Shown here: positions 46,144 to 55,228 of the stretch, in pieces
Layout of the letters: every line of letters begins with the position of its first letter
How positions within the stretch are numbered: position 1 is the stretch's first letter
Virus record (IMG/VR): IMGVR_UViG_3300017971_000306
Location: 1-61,397 of that record
DNA from: a virus
Taxonomy: Duplodnaviria > Caudoviricetes
Strand: one strand, 5' to 3'
DNA: 61,397 bases
The notes under the pieces: model-generated
The model's database searches: none
The model's input: the letters and a program-made list of their open reading frames with translations, nothing else
Told to the model about the DNA's origin: nothing
Program-made: the position numbers and the translations under genes

Positions 46144-47488
46144 GTTGGACGCATACCACCTTATGCATCACGGGATTATTGCACTGGAGAAGGTGGAGCA
46201 CAATGGAATAGCCATAGATGTTGGCTATGCGGAGGCCCAATTCAAGACTCTGGGAAGCCGGATCAAGGAGACACAGACCAAGCTTGAGAGCACCACCGTT
46301 GTCAAGAAGTGGAAAGCCGAGTATGGCAGTGACTTCCTGTGGGACTCAAACGAACAGCTGGCTGACGTTTTGTTCAACAAGATGGACTACAAACCTGCCC
46401 GGCTAACCAAGACCGGACAGCCAAGCACTGATGAGGCCTCATTGTCTGCCCTCCGGCTCCCGATGATGAAAGGCCTCATCAGGCTCCGGAAGATGGAAAA
46501 GACCCGCAACACCTACCTTGCCAGCATCCTCCGGGAGGTGGTGGAGGGCTTTGTTCACCCCATCTTCAAGCTACACTCCGTGCGGACATACAGGAGCAGT
46601 TGTTCCAACCCCAATTTCCAGAACATGCCCATCAGAGATCCGATCATGGGCAAGATCATCCGCAGGTGTATCATCCCCCGGCCCGGGAGACAGATTGTGG
46701 AGATTGACTTCAGCGGCTTGGAGGTCCGGATTGCGGCCTGCTACCACAAGGACCCCAACATGCTGGCCTATATCGAGGACCCCACGAAAGACATGCACCG
46801 TGACATGGCCGGGGAATGCTTCATGCTTCCCCCTGTCGAGGTGACAAAGGATGCCCGCTATTGTGGCAAGAACATGTTTGTTTTCCCAGAGTTTTATGGC
46901 GATTATCACGTGCGGTGTGCCGCCAACCTATGGGATGCGATCCCCAAAATGAAGCTGGCAACTGTCTCCGGGACCCCGATGAAGGACCACCTGCGCTCAG
47001 AGGACATCCGGGGCCTGCCCTCCTTCACCCGTCATATCAAGGCTGTTGAGAAGGATTTTTGGGGCCGGAGGTTCAGGGTGTATGACCAGTGGAAGCGGGA
47101 CCATTACAACCGCTATCTGCGCAACGGATCTTTTGACATGCTGACAGGCTTCCGGGTGTCCGGGGTCCTCAGCAGGAATGATGTGATCAACTATCCCGTT
47201 CAGGGTGCGGCTTTCCACTGCCTCCTCTGGTGCCTGACTGAGCTTCAGAAGTGGCTGGAGGAGGAGGGGATGGAGAGCCTGATCATTGGACAGATCCACG
47301 ACTCAATTGTGATGGATGTGGTCCCAGAGGAGATGGAGGCCGTGTTGGCCAAGGCTCAGGACCTCATGACCCGGGCTATCCGGGAGCACTGGGACTGGAT
47401 CGTGGCACCGCTGGAGATCGAGGCCGAGGTGGCCCCGGTGGACGCCAGCTGGTGGGACAAGAAAGAAGTGAAACTGGAGGCCGCATGA
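46124..47488 (+). CDS. Family A DNA polymerase, catalytic subunit
   Basis: RSSCSNPNFQN, DFSGLEVR (motif A), RYCGKNMFVFPEFYG (motif B), NYPVQG, QIHDSI (motif C); GGAGGT RBS then TTG. Confidence 0.93.
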   Translation: MITTATRLDAYHLMHHGIIALEKVEHNGIAIDVGYAEAQFKTLGSRIKETQTKLESTTVVKKWKAEYGSDFLWDSNEQLADVLFNKMDYKPARLTKTGQPSTDEASLSALRLPMMKGLIRLRKMEKTRNTYLASILREVVEGFVHPIFKLHSVRTYRSSCSNPNFQNMPIRDPIMGKIIRRCIIPRPGRQIVEIDFSGLEVRIAACYHKDPNMLAYIEDPTKDMHRDMAGECFMLPPVEVTKDARYCGKNMFVFPEFYGDYHVRCAANLWDAIPKMKLATVSGTPMKDHLRSEDIRGLPSFTRHIKAVEKDFWGRRFRVYDQWKRDHYNRYLRNGSFDMLTGFRVSGVLSRNDVINYPVQGAAFHCLLWCLTELQKWLEEEGMESLIIGQIHDSIVMDVVPEEMEAVLAKAQDLMTRAIREHWDWIVAPLEIEAEVAPVDASWWDKKEVKLEAA

Positions 47489-47910
47489 GCACAAGGATTA
47501 TTGTACAGGTGATAAAGCAGGAGAGCACGTTGGTGAGCAAGGAGCCCACCGAGCACACGAGCAGGGTTGGGGATTGCGTCAACGTGGAGTACAAGGAGGA
47601 ATGGGAGCAGAAGGAACAGGTGTTGTTCTCCCGGGAGATGGTGGTCAAGGAGGACTGGGACAACTCCGTGGGGATAATGAGCACGGAACAGAAGCGGGAG
47701 AAAACAAGTGACTTCATTTCCAGATTGTCCAATTTCCTCTCCGGCTCGATCCCCGAGGAGAATGTGCTGGAATATATCCGGGGAGTCAAAGGGCAATGTA
47801 TTGCGGAGGTCCGGGAGGCCCGGGAGGAGATCCTCAGCAGGCTGTCCAAGTACAAGGCCCTGATATCCCGGAAGTTGACCCCAAAAAAGGCCGGGAGGAA
47901 AACCAAGTGA
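47485..47910 (+). CDS. Hypothetical protein
   Basis: ATGA-coupled (MSTRIIV). Confidence 0.6.
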   Translation: MSTRIIVQVIKQESTLVSKEPTEHTSRVGDCVNVEYKEEWEQKEQVLFSREMVVKEDWDNSVGIMSTEQKREKTSDFISRLSNFLSGSIPEENVLEYIRGVKGQCIAEVREAREEILSRLSKYKALISRKLTPKKAGRKTK

Positions 47911-47911
47911 C

Positions 47912-47942
47912 CATAGCAGGATCTAGCCCATGCATGTATAAT
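47912..47942 (+). promoter_or_regulatory. Phage promoter copy CATAGCAGGA-N13-TGTATAAT
   Basis: Near-identical to the 30131 copy. Confidence 0.75.
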
Positions 47943-47961
47943 ACTCCAAAAGGAGGTTATC

Positions 47962-48405
47962 ATGTGGTTGTACACTCGGCAGGGCTTTTATTCAGTGGTG
48001 GAGCATTTCAAGAAGCCGGACACGCTGGTGGTCCGGGCTCGGCTCCGGGAGGACATCAAACGGTTCAATCTGTTTTGCAAGCGGGTGGCCCGATTGAAGA
48101 AGGTCAAACGGTACAAGAGGACCCCCAAAGCAGACTACAGGTACAGGGTGGAGATCTCCCGGGAGGATTTCATGACGGTGATGACCATGCTGATCTGGGA
48201 TCTGACCTATCACAATTTCAAAGGGGAGGTGCACGGAAACAGGGACCGGGACAACGCATATATGGAGTGCTGGAGTGCCATGTACGGGCTTCAGCTGAGA
48301 GTGGAAGGGGCCGTGGATTGGCCTGATTACATACAACTGGAGGAACAAGATGCCGCTACAACACACTTACAGACCGGGAACATTCAAGACAGTGGTGGGA
48401 AATGA
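47962..48405 (+). CDS. Conserved-looking phage hypothetical protein
   Basis: MWLYTRQGFYSVV...LVVRAR...DYRYR...YHNFK; AAGGAGGT RBS. Confidence 0.75.
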   Translation: MWLYTRQGFYSVVEHFKKPDTLVVRARLREDIKRFNLFCKRVARLKKVKRYKRTPKADYRYRVEISREDFMTVMTMLIWDLTYHNFKGEVHGNRDRDNAYMECWSAMYGLQLRVEGAVDWPDYIQLEEQDAATTHLQTGNIQDSGGK

Positions 48406-49261
48406 GGCCACTGTAGCAAGCCTGAAATCTGTACTGGAGCGTGAGGATGATATGCCTCACGCTTTTCTTTTCACAGGGCCTTCCGGGACCGGGAAAACCA
48501 CGCTGGCCCGGATCGTGGCCAAGAGCCTTGGATGTGCCAAGGCTGACTACACTGAACTGGATGCCGCTGACTTCCGGGGGATCGAGACAGTGCGGGAGAT
48601 CCGGCGCAAGATCCACTTTGCCCCGCAGGCTGGGCCCTGCCGTGTCTGGCTCCTCGATGAGTGTCACCAGCTGACAAAGGATGCTCAGGAGGCCCTGCTC
48701 AAGGCTCTGGAGGAGCCGCCAGCCCACGTGTACTTCATTCTGGCAACCACCGAGCCCGAGAAGTTGAAGCCCACTCTCAAGAGGAGGTGTGAACACTTCA
48801 CTCTGGCCCATGTAGCCAGCGACAAGCTGTTGGGGCATCTCCGCAAGATCTGCAACCGGGAGAAAGCAGACGTGCCCACAGAGGTGCTAGACCAGATTTG
48901 TGAGGACAGCGGGGGATCTCCGGGCATAGCCCTGTCCATCCTCGACAAGGTCATTGGACTGGACCCGGAGGCCATGATGGAAGCCGCCAAACAGCAAGCG
49001 GTCCTCCAGAATGAGGCTATTGAATTGTGTCGAGCCCTGATGTCTGGCAAGAGTTGGAAAACAGTGGCCGGGATCATCAAGGGGCTGGATGCGGAGCCGG
49101 AGGGCTTCCGGAGGATGATGTTGGCCTATGCCTCCAACACCCTGCTCAACGGGAACACGAAAGCCGCTGTTATTCTGGACTGCTTCCGGGATCACTTCTA
49201 TGACAACGGCAGAGCGGGTCTGGTTCTGGCCTGCTTTGAGGCCCTTCATACAGATGACTAA
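48350..49261 (+). CDS. Clamp loader ATPase (DnaX gamma/tau-like)
   Basis: YRPGTF, GPSGTGKTT, LLDECHQL, LLKALEEPP, ILATTE. Confidence 0.92.
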   Translation: MPLQHTYRPGTFKTVVGNEATVASLKSVLEREDDMPHAFLFTGPSGTGKTTLARIVAKSLGCAKADYTELDAADFRGIETVREIRRKIHFAPQAGPCRVWLLDECHQLTKDAQEALLKALEEPPAHVYFILATTEPEKLKPTLKRRCEHFTLAHVASDKLLGHLRKICNREKADVPTEVLDQICEDSGGSPGIALSILDKVIGLDPEAMMEAAKQQAVLQNEAIELCRALMSGKSWKTVAGIIKGLDAEPEGFRRMMLAYASNTLLNGNTKAAVILDCFRDHFYDNGRAGLVLACFEALHTDD

Positions 49262-49292
49262 CATAACAGGAAACAGCCAAAGGTTGTAGGAT
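49262..49292 (+). promoter_or_regulatory. Phage promoter copy CATAACAGGA-N13-TGTAGGAT
   Basis: Same spacing; intergenic. Confidence 0.6.
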
Positions 49293-49310
49293 ATCACAGG
49301 AGGATACATC

Positions 49311-49826
49311 ATGGAAATCAATTGGGATGAGTACAACATAAAGGAGGATGCGGCTATTGATCCGGCCCAACTCGATGTTTGTTGGCTGGAACAGCCCAAT
49401 CTTGTAGCCAAGTATGGCAAGGCTCTGGCCCGGGCCGAGATGGAGGCAAAGCAGACAGCTGAGGACGTGAAGAGCATACGCTCAGACATCATCATCGCCA
49501 TCAGCGCAGACCCTTCCCCGCTCGGAGATGGAGTCAAGCCCACAGCCCCGGTTGTGGAAGCCTATTACAGGCAGGATGCTGACTACAGGAGGGCCAAAGC
49601 CCGCATGATCAAGGCCGAGGCTACAGCAGAGCGGCTGAGGCAGTGCATTAATGCTCTGTACAACAGGAGGACCGCACTTGAAAACTTGGTCCGGCTACAC
49701 GGACAGGAGTGGTTTGCGGGGCCTCGGGCTCCCCGGGATCTGGTGGCTGAGTGGGAGCAGAATACCAAGCACAGGAGGGCAAGCACAAACGTCAAGGAAC
49801 ACACCAAGAGGAGGAGGACAAAATGA
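49311..49826 (+). CDS. UvsY-like recombination mediator
   Basis: Helical protein with AIDPAQLD...EQP...Y...KPTAPVVEA pattern; near SSB and RecA. Confidence 0.6.
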   Translation: MEINWDEYNIKEDAAIDPAQLDVCWLEQPNLVAKYGKALARAEMEAKQTAEDVKSIRSDIIIAISADPSPLGDGVKPTAPVVEAYYRQDADYRRAKARMIKAEATAERLRQCINALYNRRTALENLVRLHGQEWFAGPRAPRDLVAEWEQNTKHRRASTNVKEHTKRRRTK

Positions 49827-49990
49827 GTCAGGCTCTGGCATATGTAGGGCTAGCCATTCTGGCCCTCATCTTTGTGTACATGCTGGGCAGAATGTTCAGC
49901 GCAGGGTGCCTCCGATCTTGGAGGGAATTCATCAACAACAGGAACAGAAAGGAGGCAGATGATGCCGAGAAAAAACCGCAGGAAGATTAA
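49823..49990 (+). CDS. Small membrane protein
   Basis: Strong RBS; single hydrophobic helix. Confidence 0.55.
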   Translation: MSQALAYVGLAILALIFVYMLGRMFSAGCLRSWREFINNRNRKEADDAEKKPQED

Positions 49991-51089
49991 CAGGGACAAG
50001 GTGCGTGGGGCCGCTCAGGAGCGGAAGCAGTCCGGAGGAGGACTGACCACGCTATCCCTCCCGGAGGGGATGGAGTTTTTCCAGTTTGTCAAGGGCAAGA
50101 ATGCGCTGGACATCCTCCCCTATGAGGTCACTGTCAACGGCCACCCGGAGGTGGACAAGGGTGATCTCTGGTATGAACGCACTTTCTGGCTTCACAGGGA
50201 TGTCGGGCCGGAGGAGAAAGTGTTTGTGTGTCCGCAAAAGACCATCGGTGAGCCGTGCCCCGTTTGCGAGGAGTACAACAAGCTCAAGAAGGACCCCAAT
50301 GCGGATGAGGAGGTGGTGGACAGCCTGCGGCCCAAGAAGCGGCAGTTGTTCAACGTGGTGGACCGCTCCGAGAAGGGCAGTGGCGAGATCCAGCTGTTGG
50401 AGGTCTCATACCACCTGTTTGGCAAGAAGCTGGACACCGAGTTGTCCGAGGATGAGGGTGGCGAGATTGCAGGCTTTGCGGATCTCGATGGTGGCCTCAC
50501 GCTGAAGGTCCGGATGACCAAGGAGTCAATGGGCTCATACAGCTTTCTTGAGGCTGACCGCATTGACTTTGCGGAGCGCAAGAAAGGCTATCCAGAGGAC
50601 ATTCTGGATGATGTCGTGGACCTCGACAAGTGCCTCAAGATCGAGGGCTATGAGAAGCTGGACGCTGAGTTCAACGGGGTTGCGGCCCCGGAGGATGATG
50701 TGCCGGCAGATGTCCGGGAGGAGGCCGAGGGGCCGGGGCCGGATGATGAGGAGCCCGAGAGTGGTGACGAGAGTGGCGAGGATGCCGCAGGTGACACGAT
50801 CCCTGACGGGGCTGAGGAATGTACAGCCTGTGAGGGGAGCGGCAAGAATAGCAAAGGGGAAACATGCCGCATCTGTGGTGGGGAAGGCTACAACATGCCT
50901 GACGATGAGGGGGAAGGTGAGGAGCAGGAGCCCGAGCCCGAGCCTGAGGAGGATGAGCAGGAGCCCGAGCCGGAAAAGCCCAAGAAGTCAAAGCGCACAA
51001 AACAGCCAGAGCCGGAGCCTGAGGAGGAGGCCGGGGAAGCTGAGGGTGGCGATGATGACGACTGGGGTGACGATGACTGGGGTGATTGA
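49962..51089 (+). CDS. Single-stranded DNA-binding protein (T4 gp32-like) with long acidic tail
   Basis: LDILPY, H...C...CPVC Zn site, RQLFNVVD, acidic tail ending DDDWGD. Confidence 0.8.
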   Translation: MPRKNRRKINRDKVRGAAQERKQSGGGLTTLSLPEGMEFFQFVKGKNALDILPYEVTVNGHPEVDKGDLWYERTFWLHRDVGPEEKVFVCPQKTIGEPCPVCEEYNKLKKDPNADEEVVDSLRPKKRQLFNVVDRSEKGSGEIQLLEVSYHLFGKKLDTELSEDEGGEIAGFADLDGGLTLKVRMTKESMGSYSFLEADRIDFAERKKGYPEDILDDVVDLDKCLKIEGYEKLDAEFNGVAAPEDDVPADVREEAEGPGPDDEEPESGDESGEDAAGDTIPDGAEECTACEGSGKNSKGETCRICGGEGYNMPDDEGEGEEQEPEPEPEEDEQEPEPEKPKKSKRTKQPEPEPEEEAGEAEGGDDDDWGDDDWGD

Positions 51090-51097
51090 TCAGCAGA

Positions 51098-51132
51098 GGG
51101 GGTGTGGGCTCCGGCCTGCACCCCCGCTTTTT
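51098..51132 (+). terminator. Intrinsic terminator after SSB
   Basis: GGGGGTGTGGGC-TCCG-GCCTGCACCCCC then GCTTTTT. Confidence 0.7.
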
Positions 51133-51145
51133 GAGGAGAGGACAC

Positions 51146-52189
51146 ATGCCGAGAACAAAGACAGCCGAGCCGGAAGAACAGCACATTGACCCCGCAATCC
51201 TGATCCCAACAGGGTCCACGCTCCTGAACCTTGCCTGTTCAGACCATCCCCGGGGAGGCTATCTGCCCGGGACCCTCGTGAACCAAATCGGAGACAAGAG
51301 TGCCGGCAAGAGTATGCTGGCGCATTCCGGGCTAGCCGAGATGGCAGTGGACAAACGCTTTGACGACTACAAACTGGAGTACAGGGACCCAGAGGCCGGG
51401 ATCAATTTTGACATCAACAAACTGTTCGGCCCGAGGCTGGCAGACAGGCTCCATTATGATGAGGACGTGCGCACCATCGAGGACTTCACCGCTGATGTCT
51501 GGAAGCTGATTGATGCAGGAGATCCTTTTGCCTATGTACTGGACTCCTTTGATGCGCTGACCTCGGAGGAGGAGCAGGAGAAAACAGCTCAGAAAGCCAA
51601 AGGCAAGAAGGTGGCCGGAAGCTATCAGGGAGTTGGCAAGACCCGGGGCCTGTCGGCCATGCTCCGGCAGATGGTCAACGGGCTCAAGGATACCGGGAGC
51701 CTGCTGGTCATTGTCTCGCAGGTCCGGCAGAACATGGATGCTGGGCCCTTTGAGCCCTCGTTGTACAGGACCGGGGGGCAAGCCCTCGGCCACAACGCCA
51801 CTCATGAATTCTGGCTCTGGAAGTCACAGGCCCTCAAGCGGGAGGTCAAGGGCCGCCAGCGCACTATCGGCAACAGTGTCCGGCCCAAGGTCACCAAGAA
51901 CAGGATCACCGGGAAGGTGCGTGAGGTCCTGTTCCCCATCTTCTATGACTATGGCATCGATGATATTGGCTCCTGCGTGGACTTTATGATCAAAGAGAAG
52001 TTTTGGACCAAGAAGCCGAAAGGCCAGCTGGTGGACACAAAAGGCTTTGGGCTGGAAGCCACCAAGCAGGGCCTCGTCAAACAGATCGAGGAACAGGGCC
52101 TTGAGATCCGGCTCAAGAAGGCCGTTGGGAAGGCTTGGCTGGAGATCGAGGAAAGCATGAAGCTGGACCGCAAGCGCAGATTTGAATAA
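51146..52189 (+). CDS. RecA/UvsX-like recombinase
   Basis: IPTGSTLLN, GDKSAGKS, VLDSFDAL, SQVR, TGGQAL, KVTKNR. Confidence 0.9.
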   Translation: MPRTKTAEPEEQHIDPAILIPTGSTLLNLACSDHPRGGYLPGTLVNQIGDKSAGKSMLAHSGLAEMAVDKRFDDYKLEYRDPEAGINFDINKLFGPRLADRLHYDEDVRTIEDFTADVWKLIDAGDPFAYVLDSFDALTSEEEQEKTAQKAKGKKVAGSYQGVGKTRGLSAMLRQMVNGLKDTGSLLVIVSQVRQNMDAGPFEPSLYRTGGQALGHNATHEFWLWKSQALKREVKGRQRTIGNSVRPKVTKNRITGKVREVLFPIFYDYGIDDIGSCVDFMIKEKFWTKKPKGQLVDTKGFGLEATKQGLVKQIEEQGLEIRLKKAVGKAWLEIEESMKLDRKRRFE

Positions 52190-52214
52190 CAAGGGCAACC
52201 CCTCAAGGAGGACC

Positions 52215-53186
52215 GTGACAGACAAGCCCACACTCCTGATTGACAGCCACTATATCGGCCATCAAGCACACTACACCCTCGGGGATCTCTCTCACGAGGA
52301 TGTGGCCACGGGAGTGGTGTTTGGCTTTCTGTCTCGGGTCCTCAGCCTCGGGCTCCAATTCAAGACCAATGATATTGTGTTCTGTTGGGACAGCAAGCAC
52401 TCATACCGCAAGCGCAAATATCCATGGTACAAGGAACACCGCCGCACCTACAAGGATGGGGAGGAGGAAAGCCTGAGAATATTGCACCAGCAACTCCGGC
52501 TACTGCGCAAGGAGATCCTGCCCGGGATCGGCTTTGCCAACCAGCTGTTTCAGAAGGGGTGCGAGTCAGATGACCTGATGGCAAAGGTGGTTATGGGGAA
52601 GCTGGGAGAATGGGTGATTGTGACGGCTGACGAGGATCTGTGGCAATGTCTGGCATCCAACACCCGGGTGTACAACCCGAGCCAGAAGAAAATGATGACC
52701 CACCGGAGGCTCCGGGATGAGCACGGGATCTCTCCCCGGGAGTGGGCCATGGCCAAGGCTATTGCTGGATGTCCCTCTGACAGTGTTCCCGGGGTCCCGG
52801 GAGTGGGCATGAAGACAGCCATCAAATATCTGCGGGGTGAGCTTCCTGAGACATACAAAACATACAAGGCTATCGTGTCAGAAAAGGACATCTACACCCG
52901 CAACCGCCAGCTTGTGTTCCTTCCCATCTCCAAGACCCGGGAGCCGGATATTGTTGCCAATCACTTCAGCGTGGAGGGCTTCCGGGAGATGTGCGAGAAG
53001 TATGGGCTGGAGAGTTTTTTGCAGGAGGCCATGCTGGCCAATTGGGAGGCCCTGTTCAGTGGGGTCATTACAGAATCATCCACATCAATGTACCATCGCA
53101 AGGGTAAAGTGCGAGCCCCGAGGAGGAGGAAACAACGTGCCAAGGACAAAACAGCCGATGACCAAGGACTTATTCATGGGATGTGA
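52215..53186 (+). CDS. 5'-3' exonuclease / flap endonuclease
   Basis: LLIDS, FCWDS, ESDDLM, TADEDLWQ, SDSVPGVPGVGMKTA H3TH motif. Confidence 0.92.
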   Translation: MTDKPTLLIDSHYIGHQAHYTLGDLSHEDVATGVVFGFLSRVLSLGLQFKTNDIVFCWDSKHSYRKRKYPWYKEHRRTYKDGEEESLRILHQQLRLLRKEILPGIGFANQLFQKGCESDDLMAKVVMGKLGEWVIVTADEDLWQCLASNTRVYNPSQKKMMTHRRLRDEHGISPREWAMAKAIAGCPSDSVPGVPGVGMKTAIKYLRGELPETYKTYKAIVSEKDIYTRNRQLVFLPISKTREPDIVANHFSVEGFREMCEKYGLESFLQEAMLANWEALFSGVITESSTSMYHRKGKVRAPRRRKQRAKDKTADDQGLIHGM

Positions 53187-53607
53187 TCCCGGCAAATCCG
53201 GGGCCTTCATCATACTGGATCGGGAGGGGAGCCCCGTGGATGAGGTCCGGAACACCGAGACAATCACTACCATTGGCCGCTTCATCCGGCATTACCGCAT
53301 GTTGATCTCCTTTGCGCTGATCGAGCAGGTTGGGGCTATGCCCAAGGATGCCCGCTCCTCAGCCTTCAAGTTTGGGGATGCTTTTGGGTGGATGCGGGGG
53401 ATGGTCACCGTGTGCAATATCCGGCACGAGTACATCAGGCCGCAGGCTTGGCAGAAGCACATGGAGTGTAGGACCGGGGGAGACAAGAATGTGAGCAAGG
53501 CAAAAGCCCAACAGCTGTTTCCCACCTACAAGGTTGTACACGCCAATGCGGATGCGCTCCTGTTGGCTGAATTAGCCCGGAGGACCGGGATGGAAAGGGG
53601 CTGGTGA
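53137..53607 (+). CDS. RuvC-like Holliday junction resolvase
   Basis: MGCDPGKSG, LIEQV, FKFG, PQAWQK, ADALLLA; GGAGGAGG RBS then GTG. Confidence 0.88.
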   Translation: MPRTKQPMTKDLFMGCDPGKSGAFIILDREGSPVDEVRNTETITTIGRFIRHYRMLISFALIEQVGAMPKDARSSAFKFGDAFGWMRGMVTVCNIRHEYIRPQAWQKHMECRTGGDKNVSKAKAQQLFPTYKVVHANADALLLAELARRTGMERGW

Positions 53608-53798
53608 TGTTGGTTGATTTTGAAAAGGAGGGTGTGGTACAGGGGGAGCGGCTGGAGTGCCTCACGTGCAAGATGAAAAGCATGGTTCCAATACAGGCCT
53701 TCTTTGAAGATGGGACAGCTTTGCTCAAGTGGGTCCGGTACAGGTGCGAATGCGGGGCCGAGTTCAAAGTGTCAGGAGTGGGTGATGGACATACCTGA
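53604..53798 (+). CDS. Small Zn-ribbon protein
   Basis: CLTC...CECG. Confidence 0.6.
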   Translation: MMLVDFEKEGVVQGERLECLTCKMKSMVPIQAFFEDGTALLKWVRYRCECGAEFKVSGVGDGHT

Positions 53799-54210
53799 AT
53801 ACCAGAGATTCAAGATGCCTGCGACACGCCAGAGCGTGACCCACAAGGCCGAGATGGGCGGTGTTGAATTCTACATCACTGTGGGGCTGGTTGGCGGCAG
53901 GCCGATGGAGGTGTTCATCAAGGCCGGGACCTTGCCCCCGGAGATCGAGGATGATTTTGGCTTTCAGGGCTGGTGTGATATCACTGCTGAGTTGTCCTCG
54001 GTGATACTACAAGCCGGGGTCCCGCTGAAGGTCCTGTGCCGGCACCTCCGGGCCCACCGCTTCAAGCCCAGTGGATTTGCCAAGCAAGAGGGGATCGGAC
54101 ACGCCAACAGCGTCCCAGACTATCTGGCCAAATGGATGAACATGAATTGGGGAGAGAAAGATGATCAAGAAGTTGCTGGTCCAAAACTTCCAGAGCCACG
54201 AGGAGAGTGA
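53785..54210 (+). CDS. Stand-alone TSCPD domain (class II ribonucleotide reductase C-terminal-like)
   Basis: THK...FYITVG...GRPMEVFI...SVILQAGVP...FKPSG...SVPDY pattern. Confidence 0.75.
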   Translation: MDIPEYQRFKMPATRQSVTHKAEMGGVEFYITVGLVGGRPMEVFIKAGTLPPEIEDDFGFQGWCDITAELSSVILQAGVPLKVLCRHLRAHRFKPSGFAKQEGIGHANSVPDYLAKWMNMNWGEKDDQEVAGPKLPEPRGE

Positions 54211-55228
54211 GCTGGAATTACACCCGGGGGTCAACATCCTCTCGGGCCAGTCAGACTCTGGCAAGACAGCCCTGCTCCGGGCTCTGGATTGGGCCTTGAA
54301 CAACAAGCCTCAGGGGGATGACTTCCGCAGGGAGGGATCTGACACCACCGAGGTACACGTGGACATGGACACCCACCTCGTCAAGCGGTGGAAGCGCAAG
54401 ACGGTGGACAACTGTTACGGCCTGCTGGACAAGGCTGAGGCCGATGATGAGGATGGCGGCTATGAGGAGTTCAAGGCTTTCGGGGCCTCTGTCCCGGGAG
54501 ACATAGCCGAGGCCGTGAACATGATGGCCATCAATTGGCAGAGACAGCTGGATGCCCCATTCCTGCTTTCCAACACTTCCGGGGAGGTGGCCCGGATGCT
54601 CAACCAGATTGTCCGGCTAGATGTCATTGACACGGCCCTGTCTCGGATCTCTGCCATGGTCCGGGATAATGCCGCTGACGCCCGGACAGCCGAGGGCACC
54701 CTGAAAAGGCTGGAGCAGGATGAGGAGGGCTTTGCCTATCTCGATGGGCTGGAACCACAGGTGGAGGAGGTTGAACAAAAGTTTTTTCGGAAAAGTGAGC
54801 TGACTGCGGCTTCTAATCGTTTGAAGGGAGCAATGGATGAAATCCAGTCAGCCAGAGACCAGGAGCAGAGGGCCACCAAGACGCTTGAGGCCGAGGACCT
54901 GTTGCTGGAGATCGAGGCATTGGCCGAGGTCCGGCACGGGGCCGAGATCCGGGAGCGCAAGCTGACGGAGATCGGGAGGGCCGTCAAGCGTCATCGAGAA
55001 GCCATCAGGATGACACGAGGTGCCACGGAGTGTGAGGGGGATGTACGAGGGCTTGAAAGCCTGATCAAGCGACAGGAGGAGCAACAGAGAGCCGAGGAGA
55101 GGTTGAGTGAGCTCATCACAGATATTTACAAGACAGAATCATGGCTGAAAGAGCTCAAGAAGCAAATCAAGCCGCTGGAGAAGCAACTGGAGGGCACTTG
55201 CCCTCGATGCGGGAGGCCGTTGAAGTGA
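54161..55228 (+). CDS. Rad50/SbcC-like ATPase, N-terminal half ending in a zinc hook
   Basis: QNFQSH, GQSDSGKT Walker A, coiled coil, terminal CPRCG. Confidence 0.88.
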   Translation: MIKKLLVQNFQSHEESELELHPGVNILSGQSDSGKTALLRALDWALNNKPQGDDFRREGSDTTEVHVDMDTHLVKRWKRKTVDNCYGLLDKAEADDEDGGYEEFKAFGASVPGDIAEAVNMMAINWQRQLDAPFLLSNTSGEVARMLNQIVRLDVIDTALSRISAMVRDNAADARTAEGTLKRLEQDEEGFAYLDGLEPQVEEVEQKFFRKSELTAASNRLKGAMDEIQSARDQEQRATKTLEAEDLLLEIEALAEVRHGAEIRERKLTEIGRAVKRHREAIRMTRGATECEGDVRGLESLIKRQEEQQRAEERLSELITDIYKTESWLKELKKQIKPLEKQLEGTCPRCGRPLK

